From: Candidatus Omnitrophota bacterium
GTDB lineage: Bacteria; Omnitrophota; Gorgyraeia; JAHIPI01
Direction of reading: 5' to 3'
NCBI GenBank assembly: GCA_043800065.1
Contig: JAZDNG010000006.1
Location: 1 to 58,018, forward strand
DNA length: 58,018 nucleotides
The translations under genes were made by a program, and so were the position numbers. Below are positions 50,148 to 58,018 of the stretch, piece by piece. The notes beneath the pieces are model-generated. The model was not told the origin of the DNA. It made no database searches and saw only the letters and a list, made by a program, of their open reading frames with translations. Each line of letters starts with the position of its first letter. Position 1 is the stretch's first letter.

Positions 50148-51363
50148 ATGTATGCCGCCAAAAAATCAGAAGAATAACAACGAAAAAAGAAAGTACATAA
50201 GGCTGGACAGCGTTTTTCCCATAGAGTTCCAAGTCGTCGGCGGAGATCGCAGGGAACTTCTTTCGGAAATGAAAGAAGGCTTTACGCGCAACATCGGCAA
50301 AGGCGGCATGGGCATATTTGCCAAGACGCTGAAAGAGCATGACAAAGAGGTATTCAGTTTTGTTCCTCATGAAACGAAATTGCGTCTTATAATCAATATT
50401 CCTTTAGACTCAGAACCTATTGAATGTTTTGCTACGGTTGAATGGGTGGAGAAAGAGCCGGGCCACATAGTAGATACATATGCTTTCGGCGTTTCATACG
50501 ATTTTATAAATGAGATAGAATACGAAAGAATAGTAGATTATATACGATGGCTGCATTTAAAACCGCGTCTTAGTATGCTGGCAGTGGTGATTCTTGGCGT
50601 ATTTTTGACTCTTACCATTGCTGGTTTATTGCAAATAAATGTCAGAAGGATGGAGAAGGAAAAGGAGTTATTAGTTTACTCGGCAGAAAACAAGCGGGCG
50701 GAGGCGGCAACGGCCGAAGCGGAAAAAAATCGTATTCGAGCGGAATCGGAACTTATGGATGTCCAAAATAAGCAATCGGAAATAGAAGAGAGGATTAAAA
50801 AGACAGAGGAAGAGAAAACAGCGCTTGAGAGAAAAGCTCGATTAAGCGAGGAAGATAGGGCTACCCTGCAAGCAGCGTTTGAGGAAGTAACAGAGGACAA
50901 AGCTGCGCTAGAAAAGAGCGCGGAAGAGAATGAAGAGAGCGCAATAGTTCCGGTAGAGGTTGAGAGTGAACCTCCGGATGCCGGTGGTATTTCTGCCCAG
51001 AGGATCAAATTGGAAGAGGGGGTATATAAGAGGTTTAATGAATTAATTTTGGATGGCAAAATACATCCGCTCAGCGCCTATGTATCTGCTCACAGGGGCA
51101 GCATATATCACGCAGCAGCACTCTTTGCCCTCGCAGAGCTGAGATATAAGGCCGGCGATGCATCTTTAGCGGAAGCGAATTATGCTCAGATAGTTGAGCT
51201 TTACCCGAGAAGCAAATATGCCCGGTATGCCAGCCACAGGCTGGATCAAATACGCCAGAAGCATAATTATGTAAGATACAGCCTTAAAGATTTGTGCGAG
51301 AAGTATAATTTGCCTGAATTGTTCGACTACCGCAGCATCGAACCGTATCATGCCTCCCAGTAA
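50128..51363 (+). CDS. PilZ-like domain - TM - coiled coil - TPR-like protein
   Basis: EKRKYIRL (RxxxR), NIGKGG, TM, E/K coiled coil, AALFALAE...YPRSKYA; exact start uncertain. Confidence 0.75.
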   Translation: MRMKMGECMPPKNQKNNNEKRKYIRLDSVFPIEFQVVGGDRRELLSEMKEGFTRNIGKGGMGIFAKTLKEHDKEVFSFVPHETKLRLIINIPLDSEPIECFATVEWVEKEPGHIVDTYAFGVSYDFINEIEYERIVDYIRWLHLKPRLSMLAVVILGVFLTLTIAGLLQINVRRMEKEKELLVYSAENKRAEAATAEAEKNRIRAESELMDVQNKQSEIEERIKKTEEEKTALERKARLSEEDRATLQAAFEEVTEDKAALEKSAEENEESAIVPVEVESEPPDAGGISAQRIKLEEGVYKRFNELILDGKIHPLSAYVSAHRGSIYHAAALFALAELRYKAGDASLAEANYAQIVELYPRSKYARYASHRLDQIRQKHNYVRYSLKDLCEKYNLPELFDYRSIEPYHASQ

Positions 51364-51561
51364 ATTGTTAGGATAATACAAGCTTTGATATTTCAGGCTT
51401 GACTGCTATGGTTTTTTGCTATATTAATATTTAGTAGGCAGGATTAACAAAATAAAAAAGGTAGCCCCTCGACTTTCCGCCAGAGGCGGACCCGCCGATG
51501 CGTTGTGGCGGGCGCTCGGGAGTAATTGCAGCCTGACAAGCGAGGGCAAATCGGAGGAACA

Positions 51562-51792
51562 ATGGCAATAAGAGCGTATGTATTAATGAATCTTGTAACA
51601 TCTGATTTATCAAGCACTATGTTACAGCTTAGAGAAATAAGGGAAGTAAAGAATGCCGATGCGGTGATAGGGCCTTATGATTGCATAGCGGAAATAGAAG
51701 CCGACAGCATGGATATGCTCGGCAATATCGTTGTGAGTAGAATTTTAAAAATAGAAGGAGTGGCAAAGACGCTTACGTGCGTAAAGCTTTAA
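51562..51792 (+). CDS. Lrp/AsnC ligand-binding (RAM) domain-only protein
   Basis: AYVLMN, GPYDCIA, IEGVAKTLT; SD GGAGG. Confidence 0.85.
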   Translation: MAIRAYVLMNLVTSDLSSTMLQLREIREVKNADAVIGPYDCIAEIEADSMDMLGNIVVSRILKIEGVAKTLTCVKL

Positions 51793-51834
51793 GCGCAGCA
51801 AGCGGTAATTTAAAATACTCGGTTCGGAGGGAAA

Positions 51835-52500
51835 GTGGATATACGCGCAGCATTTATGAGGAAAAGCAAGGATATAAAGAGCAAATCTTCCAAACGTTTT
51901 GACGACTGGTCAAAAAAGTATGATAGAAGCCTGCTCCAGTTTCTTATATTTCGCAGGTCTCACAATATGTTTATAAGCAATATAATGCACGATTCGCGCC
52001 ATATAAATATTTTGGATGTAGGCTGCGGTACCGGTGAGTTTGCAATGAAGCTTAAAAGTTATAAAAAGGACGCCAGTGTATACGGCCTTGATATTTCGTC
52101 AGATATGATACGCGCGGCCAAAGCTAAGTTTAGCGGTGAAATAGATTTTAGAGTAGCCGATGTGGAGCATATGCCATACGAAGACAACCAATTTGATTAT
52201 CTGACATGCTCGCACTCTTTTCACCATTACCCCCACAAGAAGAAGGCCGTGAGGGAAATGTACCGTATTCTCAAAAATAAAGGCAAAATTATGATAATAG
52301 ACGGCTGCAAGGACAATCTTTTAGGAAGAGTCATTTTTGATATCATAGTAAAGGCCCATGAAGGAGATGTCCACCACCTTCACAGCAGTCAATTTGCCCG
52401 CATTTTAGAAGAATCCGGTTTTAAAAATGTAACACAGGAAATTTTCAACCCCTGCATACCGTTGCTTTTCACTATGGGGGTAGCCAAAAAGCCCGCCTGA
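51835..52500 (+). CDS. class I SAM-dependent methyltransferase
   Basis: ILDVGCGTG, GLDIS, SFHHYP. Confidence 0.9.
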   Translation: MDIRAAFMRKSKDIKSKSSKRFDDWSKKYDRSLLQFLIFRRSHNMFISNIMHDSRHINILDVGCGTGEFAMKLKSYKKDASVYGLDISSDMIRAAKAKFSGEIDFRVADVEHMPYEDNQFDYLTCSHSFHHYPHKKKAVREMYRILKNKGKIMIIDGCKDNLLGRVIFDIIVKAHEGDVHHLHSSQFARILEESGFKNVTQEIFNPCIPLLFTMGVAKKPA

Positions 52501-52538
52501 GGCGGGCAAGCTCACCTGAGCGCAGATAGGGAGGAAGT

Positions 52539-53507
52539 ATGTTGATTTTTATTACAGGTGCTACGGGGTTCATAGGAAGCCATCTTGCCGAAAGATTGGC
52601 GTCAAAAGGCCATAAGTTGCGATGTCTCGCGCGAGAAACAAGCGACACAGGGGCCCTCTTAAAACTTAATGCCGAAATAGTAACGACGGATATGAACGAT
52701 CCGGCTGGATTAAAGAAGGCGCTTGAGGGCGTTGATATCGTATATCATTGCGCGGCCATGGTAGGCGAATGGCTGTCTAAGGAAGAAGCCGGTAAGTTCA
52801 ATATAAACGGCACAAAAAACCTTTTGGATGCAAGTATGGCCGCGGGCGTTAAACGGTTTGTTCATGTAAGCAGCCTTGCCGTATTGGGCATGAAGCACCA
52901 TTATAGCACTCCACCCGAAGCCCCGTACAACATGACGGGCGATATATATTCCGATACTAAGATAGAATCGGAAAAGATAGTGATGGATTACCATCGCCGA
53001 AAAGGGCTTCCCATCGTCATAGTAAGGCCCGGCTTTGTATTCGGCTTAAGGGACAGACGGTTTCTGCCAAGGATGTTAAAGCTTCTCGATGATAACAAGT
53101 TTGCCTTTTTGGGAAGCGGCAACAATATTATGAACCTGGTTTATATCGATAATCTTATTGACGTTTTGATAGAAGCAGGCACCAATGAAAAGGCCATAGG
53201 CCAGAAGTATAATGTTACCAATAAAGATAAAGTTACGATGCGCGATTTTGTTTATATGATTTCCGATATACGCGGCATGAAGAGGCCGAACAAATCTATA
53301 CCCATACCCCTGGCCAGGCTTATTGCCGATTCATTAGAATTTTACGGAAGATTGACAAAAAGTCAATCGCCGCCTTTTCTGACCAAAGCCCGCATAAAGG
53401 TCGCAAGTCTTAATCTTGACTTTGATATCTCCAAAACGATGCGAGACCTGGGTTACGACTCCAAGATAACCATCCGAGAAGGGCTTGAAAAGACCCTCAA
53501 GTCGTAA
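52539..53507 (+). CDS. extended SDR (NAD-dependent epimerase/3-beta-HSD-like)
   Basis: TGATGFIG, HCAA, VHVSS, YSDTK. Confidence 0.9.
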   Translation: MLIFITGATGFIGSHLAERLASKGHKLRCLARETSDTGALLKLNAEIVTTDMNDPAGLKKALEGVDIVYHCAAMVGEWLSKEEAGKFNINGTKNLLDASMAAGVKRFVHVSSLAVLGMKHHYSTPPEAPYNMTGDIYSDTKIESEKIVMDYHRRKGLPIVIVRPGFVFGLRDRRFLPRMLKLLDDNKFAFLGSGNNIMNLVYIDNLIDVLIEAGTNEKAIGQKYNVTNKDKVTMRDFVYMISDIRGMKRPNKSIPIPLARLIADSLEFYGRLTKSQSPPFLTKARIKVASLNLDFDISKTMRDLGYDSKITIREGLEKTLKS

Positions 53508-53518
53508 CAAGGAACACC

Positions 53519-54133
53519 ATGAACGAGATAATGGCGAACATCAAGAGTCGTCGGTCAAGAAGGGCTTTTGTCGATAAGCCCATTCCGGAAGAGATAATAG
53601 AGGATATGCTGGAAGCGGCGAGATATGCTCCCAGCGCCCTTAATAAGCAACCGGCGAGATTTATAGTTGTATCAAATAAAGAGATGATCCTGCGTTTATC
53701 CGGCATTATCCGCAGCATAACCGAAAAAATTGCCCGCCTTCTACCGTTACTCAGCATTATCCAGCTCGAATTGCGCGATCCGCGCGTAGTCGCAGCTATC
53801 CAAAAGACGCTTTCAGGAGACGGTGACACCGTCTTTTACGGCGCTCCGCTTCTAATTTTAATAGCAGCCGAGAAGAAAGCGGGCCGATATGCGGTAAAAG
53901 ATTGTTCACTGGCGGCCGAAAATATGATGCTGTATGCAAATTCCGTGGGCATAGGCAGCTGCTTTATAGGAAGGGCAGATATGCTTGCGATGAGTAGGCA
54001 TGGGAGAGAGTTGCTCGGACTGCCCCCGCAGTATAAAATACATGCTGCCTTAGTTTTTGGCTATACACCGGTAGCCTGCGATGCAGCCGCGCCGCAAAGA
54101 ATGCGAGACAACGTATTAAAGTGGGTGCGCTGA
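53519..54133 (+). CDS. nitroreductase-family flavoprotein
   Basis: SRRSRRAF, APSALNKQP, AENMML, GIGSC. Confidence 0.9.
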   Translation: MNEIMANIKSRRSRRAFVDKPIPEEIIEDMLEAARYAPSALNKQPARFIVVSNKEMILRLSGIIRSITEKIARLLPLLSIIQLELRDPRVVAAIQKTLSGDGDTVFYGAPLLILIAAEKKAGRYAVKDCSLAAENMMLYANSVGIGSCFIGRADMLAMSRHGRELLGLPPQYKIHAALVFGYTPVACDAAAPQRMRDNVLKWVR

Positions 54134-54987
54134 TGAAAGAGTCGTTAGGCCAATACGCCGCCAGAGACGGAAATATGCTCAATTTCAGGAAGTGGCATGG
54201 GCCGGATGACGTCATCGTCTATCTTCACGGCATAGAGTCCAATTCCGGATGGTTTTCCTCATTTGCTTCCCAGCTTGCCGAAAGCGGCTTCACGTTATAC
54301 GGAATAGACAGGAGGGGCTCCGGGCTTAATTACGAAAATAGAGGTGATATAAAGGATTATAATATATTTTTGAACGACATAGAAGCTGCTGTCAGTTTTG
54401 TAAAAAAAGAAAACCCGGCAAAAAGGGTTTATTTAATGGGTATATGTTGGGGTGCTTTTTTAGCGGTAAATTATTCCATAAATAGGCACTCTAATCCCGA
54501 CGGCCTTATTTTGCTGTCGCCGGCGATCTATAGAAAGGTGGATTTTAAGGCCGGGCCTAAAATTGCGGCAAGAGCATGTTCGCTTGTTTACCCGAAGGCA
54601 TATTTCAAGATACCCATAAAAGATCACATGTTCACCGATAACGAGAGGTATCTGGATTTCATAAGAAGCGATAAGATGCGGCTCGGCTCATTGACATGCC
54701 GGTTCTTCAAGGAGATCCTTCGGATGGAAAACGACTTTGCGTTCAAATCAAACGAACTTTTTTTACCCGTACTTGTGCTTCTTGCCGGCCATGACGAAAT
54801 AGTGGATAACAGAAAAATTCATAACTGGTTTGATTCGCTGCCGGCGGAAGATAAGACCATAAAGACATTTACGAATTTCCATCATGTAATGCCCTTTGAA
54901 GAGGACACGTCACCCATTTTAGATGCGATAAGCGGCTGGATAAAGAAAAGGAAAGTGCCACTTGCAGTTCAAGGTATCAAAAATTGA
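54133..54987 (+). CDS. alpha/beta hydrolase (lysophospholipase-like) with GICWG elbow
   Basis: LHGIES, DRRGSG, GICWG, DEIVD, HH; TGATG coupling. Confidence 0.85.
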   Translation: MKESLGQYAARDGNMLNFRKWHGPDDVIVYLHGIESNSGWFSSFASQLAESGFTLYGIDRRGSGLNYENRGDIKDYNIFLNDIEAAVSFVKKENPAKRVYLMGICWGAFLAVNYSINRHSNPDGLILLSPAIYRKVDFKAGPKIAARACSLVYPKAYFKIPIKDHMFTDNERYLDFIRSDKMRLGSLTCRFFKEILRMENDFAFKSNELFLPVLVLLAGHDEIVDNRKIHNWFDSLPAEDKTIKTFTNFHHVMPFEEDTSPILDAISGWIKKRKVPLAVQGIKN

Positions 54988-56086
54988 TATATATGCGGTA
55001 GACATACCCTTCAGGATGAAATTTGGGCATGCCTCAAAGAGCCGGAAAAGTTCCGAAAGTATTTTTGTGAAAGCTGAAAGCGAAAACGGCGTTAGCGGTT
55101 TCGGGGAATCCCTGCCGCGCCGATACGTAACCGGCGAAGACCAGTCCTCCGTAATAGACTCATTAAAGGCTTTACTGCCCGGCGCTATTTTAGGCAGGAC
55201 TTTTGATTCTTTTGGGGATGTCGTAGATTTTTGCGGCAGCTCTTTTGGCGATTTGAAAGGCGCCAGCTGCGCTGCTATTGAACTTGCTTTGCTGGATTTG
55301 GCCGGCCGCGTCTTTAAATGCTCCGTAAGTAAGGCATTGGGAGCGGTACTCGTAAATGATCTCAGGTATAGCGCGGCAATCGGAAGCGTCCCACCCCTCA
55401 AATCCGGTATTTCGGCATTAAAATTCAAGTTATATGGATTTAAAGATATAAAGATAAAAGTCGGGGACGATCGTGATATAGGCAGGCTAAAGGTTGTTCG
55501 GGCGATGTGCGGAGGAAATATGAATTTGAGGCTCGACGCGAATTGCACCTGGGGCGCGGATGAAGCTATAGAGCGGCTTTCGGCCATGAGAAGGTATAAT
55601 TTCAGCCTGATAGAGCAACCCGTTAAAAAAGGAGATATAGCTTCTCTTAAGAAAGTCAGTAACGCCATACGCGAGCCCGTCATGGCGGATGAGTCGCTTT
55701 GCACGCTGGATGACGCAAAGAAACTTATAGAAGAGAAGGCCTGCAAAATGTTTAATATACGCATATCAAAATGCGGCGGGTTGATCAATTCGCTGAAAAT
55801 AGCAAAACTTGCCCAAGAGTCGGGCATCTCTTATCAGTTAGGTTGCCAGGTAGGGGAATCGGGTGTTTTGTCAGCTGCGGGCAGGCACTTTGCCTCGTGC
55901 GTGAAAGGAATAAAATACCTAGAAGGCTCGTACGCCAAATTTTTATTGCTGGAAGATGTTATCAAGGAGGACGTCGGGTTTGGTTACGGCGGCCGCGCAG
56001 GCCTTTTATGCGGCAACGGGCTTGGCATTACGGTTGATGAGCCGCGCCTAAAGAAGTATGTCACGAATGAAGCCATAATCAAGTAG
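54962..56086 (+). CDS. enolase-superfamily enzyme (MLE/dipeptide epimerase subgroup)
   Basis: GFGE, KIKVG, DAN, EQP, DES, NIRISKCGG, GCQVGE. Confidence 0.88.
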   Translation: MQFKVSKIDIYAVDIPFRMKFGHASKSRKSSESIFVKAESENGVSGFGESLPRRYVTGEDQSSVIDSLKALLPGAILGRTFDSFGDVVDFCGSSFGDLKGASCAAIELALLDLAGRVFKCSVSKALGAVLVNDLRYSAAIGSVPPLKSGISALKFKLYGFKDIKIKVGDDRDIGRLKVVRAMCGGNMNLRLDANCTWGADEAIERLSAMRRYNFSLIEQPVKKGDIASLKKVSNAIREPVMADESLCTLDDAKKLIEEKACKMFNIRISKCGGLINSLKIAKLAQESGISYQLGCQVGESGVLSAAGRHFASCVKGIKYLEGSYAKFLLLEDVIKEDVGFGYGGRAGLLCGNGLGITVDEPRLKKYVTNEAIIK

Positions 56087-56116
56087 TAGAAGAATTATAT
56101 CCGGAGAGTGAGATAA

Positions 56117-57778
56117 ATGAATATAGCCTCATTAGCAGTTAAGGCGCATGGTTTAAAGGCGCATATGTTCGAGCGGGCTTTGAAAGATCCTTTCACGAGC
56201 CAAAAGAAGGTATTGGCTGGATTTCTAAGCCGTAATAAGAACACCAGGTATGGCAGGGAGTATGGTTTTCGAGATATACGCTCGATAGATGATTATCGTT
56301 CACGTGTACCGCTAAACGACTACGAAACGCTGCGCCCTTACGTAGACTGCCTAATGCGGGGCGAGGAAAATGTGTTGACCGCCGATAAGGTCACACTTTT
56401 TGGCGTAACAAGCGGCACCATGGGGAAGCCTAAGCATATACCTGTTACGGAATATTCACGAAGGAATAAAAAAGATGTAATGGATCTTTGGGCTTATTAT
56501 GCCTTACGTGATCATCCGGGGCTCTTGGACGGCAAAATACTTGCTATAGTAAGCCCCGAAAAAGAAGGTTTTACTATCAGTAAAATACCCTTCGGCGCGG
56601 AATCAGGCCATGCATACAGAAATCTGCCGCAAGCCGTGAGAAATCTTTACGCCATACCTTACGAAGTCTTTGAAATACCCGATTACGAGTCAAAATATTA
56701 TTGCATATTAAGAATAGCCGCAGAAGAAAATATTTCCACGATCGCGACATTAAACCCGAGCACTATACTTTTATTATGCCAAAGGATGGAAAAAGTAGGC
56801 GCCCAGATAATAGAGGACATAAGGCTAGGGGCCCTTAACAAGAAGTTGAATGTCTGCTGCGAAATAAGGGAAAAGATAGAGGCCCGCCTAACGCCTAACC
56901 CCAAAAGAGCCGACGAACTTTCAGAGTTGGCAAAGAAGCGGAATGGTGAACTTCTACCCATGGACATATGGCCGAATTTAAAGCTTATAGAATGCTGGAA
57001 AGGCGGTAGCGTAGGCGTTTATATTTCGTACTTTTCAAAATATTTCGGTCCCAATACCGCGATAAGGGATTTCGGGTACCTTTCGAGCGAAGCGCGCGTC
57101 TCTATTCCTATGTGCGATTCCGGCTGCGGCGGAGTACTGGCCATAAACAGCAATTTTTACGAATTCGTCCCGCGCAACGAAATGGACAAAGATGATAAGA
57201 GGTTTTTGCTTTCGCATGAGCTTGGTATCGGTAAGGAATATTACATAATACTGACGACGCCCGGCGGGCTGTATCGCTATAATATAGATGACATCATACG
57301 GGTGTCGGGTTTCTATAAGAATACCCCCGTAATAGAATTCGTACAGAAAGGCTCCATCGTATCGTCGGTAACAGGAGAGAAGATCTATGAAATGCAGATA
57401 GACGAAGCGGTAAACAAGGCCGCGGGGCTCATCGGAGCGAATCTCCAGTTTTTCTCTGCCTGCGTAGAATGGCAGGCAATCCCGAGGTACGCTTTTATAG
57501 TAGAATTTATGAATGACCTGTCCCGCGAAGGCAAGGTATCACTGCTTAAAAGTATAGAAAATCAGCTTATAAGGCTTAATGTCGAGTATGATACAAAGCG
57601 GCGCTCGCAGCGTCTCGGCAGTCCGGTCTTGAAAGTGGTGGCGCAGGGCACCTTTGAGGAATATAGATCAAGGAGGGTGCAGCAGGGCTCGCACGACGGC
57701 CAGATTAAGATACCAAAACTCGTTACAGATGTATGTTTTCAGAATAATTTTAAGATTCTGGAAGAAATAGCAGTATGA
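56117..57778 (+). CDS. GH3-family acyl-adenylate/amido synthetase
   Basis: TSGTMGKPKHIP, GYLSSE, FYEFVP, GLYRYNIDD, TGEKI, QIKIP. Confidence 0.88.
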   Translation: MNIASLAVKAHGLKAHMFERALKDPFTSQKKVLAGFLSRNKNTRYGREYGFRDIRSIDDYRSRVPLNDYETLRPYVDCLMRGEENVLTADKVTLFGVTSGTMGKPKHIPVTEYSRRNKKDVMDLWAYYALRDHPGLLDGKILAIVSPEKEGFTISKIPFGAESGHAYRNLPQAVRNLYAIPYEVFEIPDYESKYYCILRIAAEENISTIATLNPSTILLLCQRMEKVGAQIIEDIRLGALNKKLNVCCEIREKIEARLTPNPKRADELSELAKKRNGELLPMDIWPNLKLIECWKGGSVGVYISYFSKYFGPNTAIRDFGYLSSEARVSIPMCDSGCGGVLAINSNFYEFVPRNEMDKDDKRFLLSHELGIGKEYYIILTTPGGLYRYNIDDIIRVSGFYKNTPVIEFVQKGSIVSSVTGEKIYEMQIDEAVNKAAGLIGANLQFFSACVEWQAIPRYAFIVEFMNDLSREGKVSLLKSIENQLIRLNVEYDTKRRSQRLGSPVLKVVAQGTFEEYRSRRVQQGSHDGQIKIPKLVTDVCFQNNFKILEEIAV

Positions 57779-57836
57779 TCATTGTTGATTTTTTATTGAG
57801 TTTGTGTGTAATAGTTTAAAATCCAGGGAGGTAAAG

Positions 57837-58018
57837 GTGGCTAAGATAACAATAGATGCGTCATTGTGTACGGGGTGCGGCTTATGCGCAGCCGGTTGTC
57901 CGGAAGTCTTCGAGATGGGAAGCGACAATCTAGCGGTTGTAAAAAGCGACAAATCCTGCGATTGCGACCTGAAGCAAGTTGCGAGCGAATGCCCGGTAGA
58001 GGCGATAAAAGTAGAATA
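57837..58018 (+). CDS. single-cluster [4Fe-4S] ferredoxin (stop codon cut by window end; not in ORF track)
   Basis: GTG start after GGAGG; CTGCGLCAAGCPEVF...CPVEAI. Confidence 0.88.
   Translation, partial: MAKITIDASLCTGCGLCAAGCPEVFEMGSDNLAVVKSDKSCDCDLKQVASECPVEAIKVE

Overview
Bacterial chromosomal segment with genes almost all on the + strand. LpxA and a beta-barrel porin show it is a diderm; gene content and order suggest the PVC superphylum, probably Omnitrophota (inference only). The backbone is housekeeping: cimA (5'-truncated), valS, rluB, nadC, uvrB, birA, coaX, a CIRCE-controlled groES-groEL, guaB3, dnaE with a 456-aa LAGLIDADG intein, HU/IHF, hisS, aspS, phoH-pgpH-ybeY-dgkA/PAP2-DUF502-recO, glyQS, ppdK, a sigma70, apt, tRNA-Arg(CCT), porin, lpxA, LOG, polX and an HD-GYP/PilZ module. 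The window ends in an uncharacterised methyltransferase-SDR-nitroreductase-hydrolase-enolase-GH3-ferredoxin cluster. The most unusual aspect is a very dense population of short structured DNA elements from several families. These are inverted heptamer arrays and a GC-rich palindrome inserted in frame in valS and glyQS, GTAG-type REP palindromes bracketing uvrB, a GGGGAC-ended MITE family whose motif also punctuates a cassette-like run of small accessory genes between recO and glyQS, and nested hairpins with covarying stems and conserved GAG/CGAAG mismatches, up to a ~340-nt structure. No transposase, integrase or CRISPR array is present in the window.
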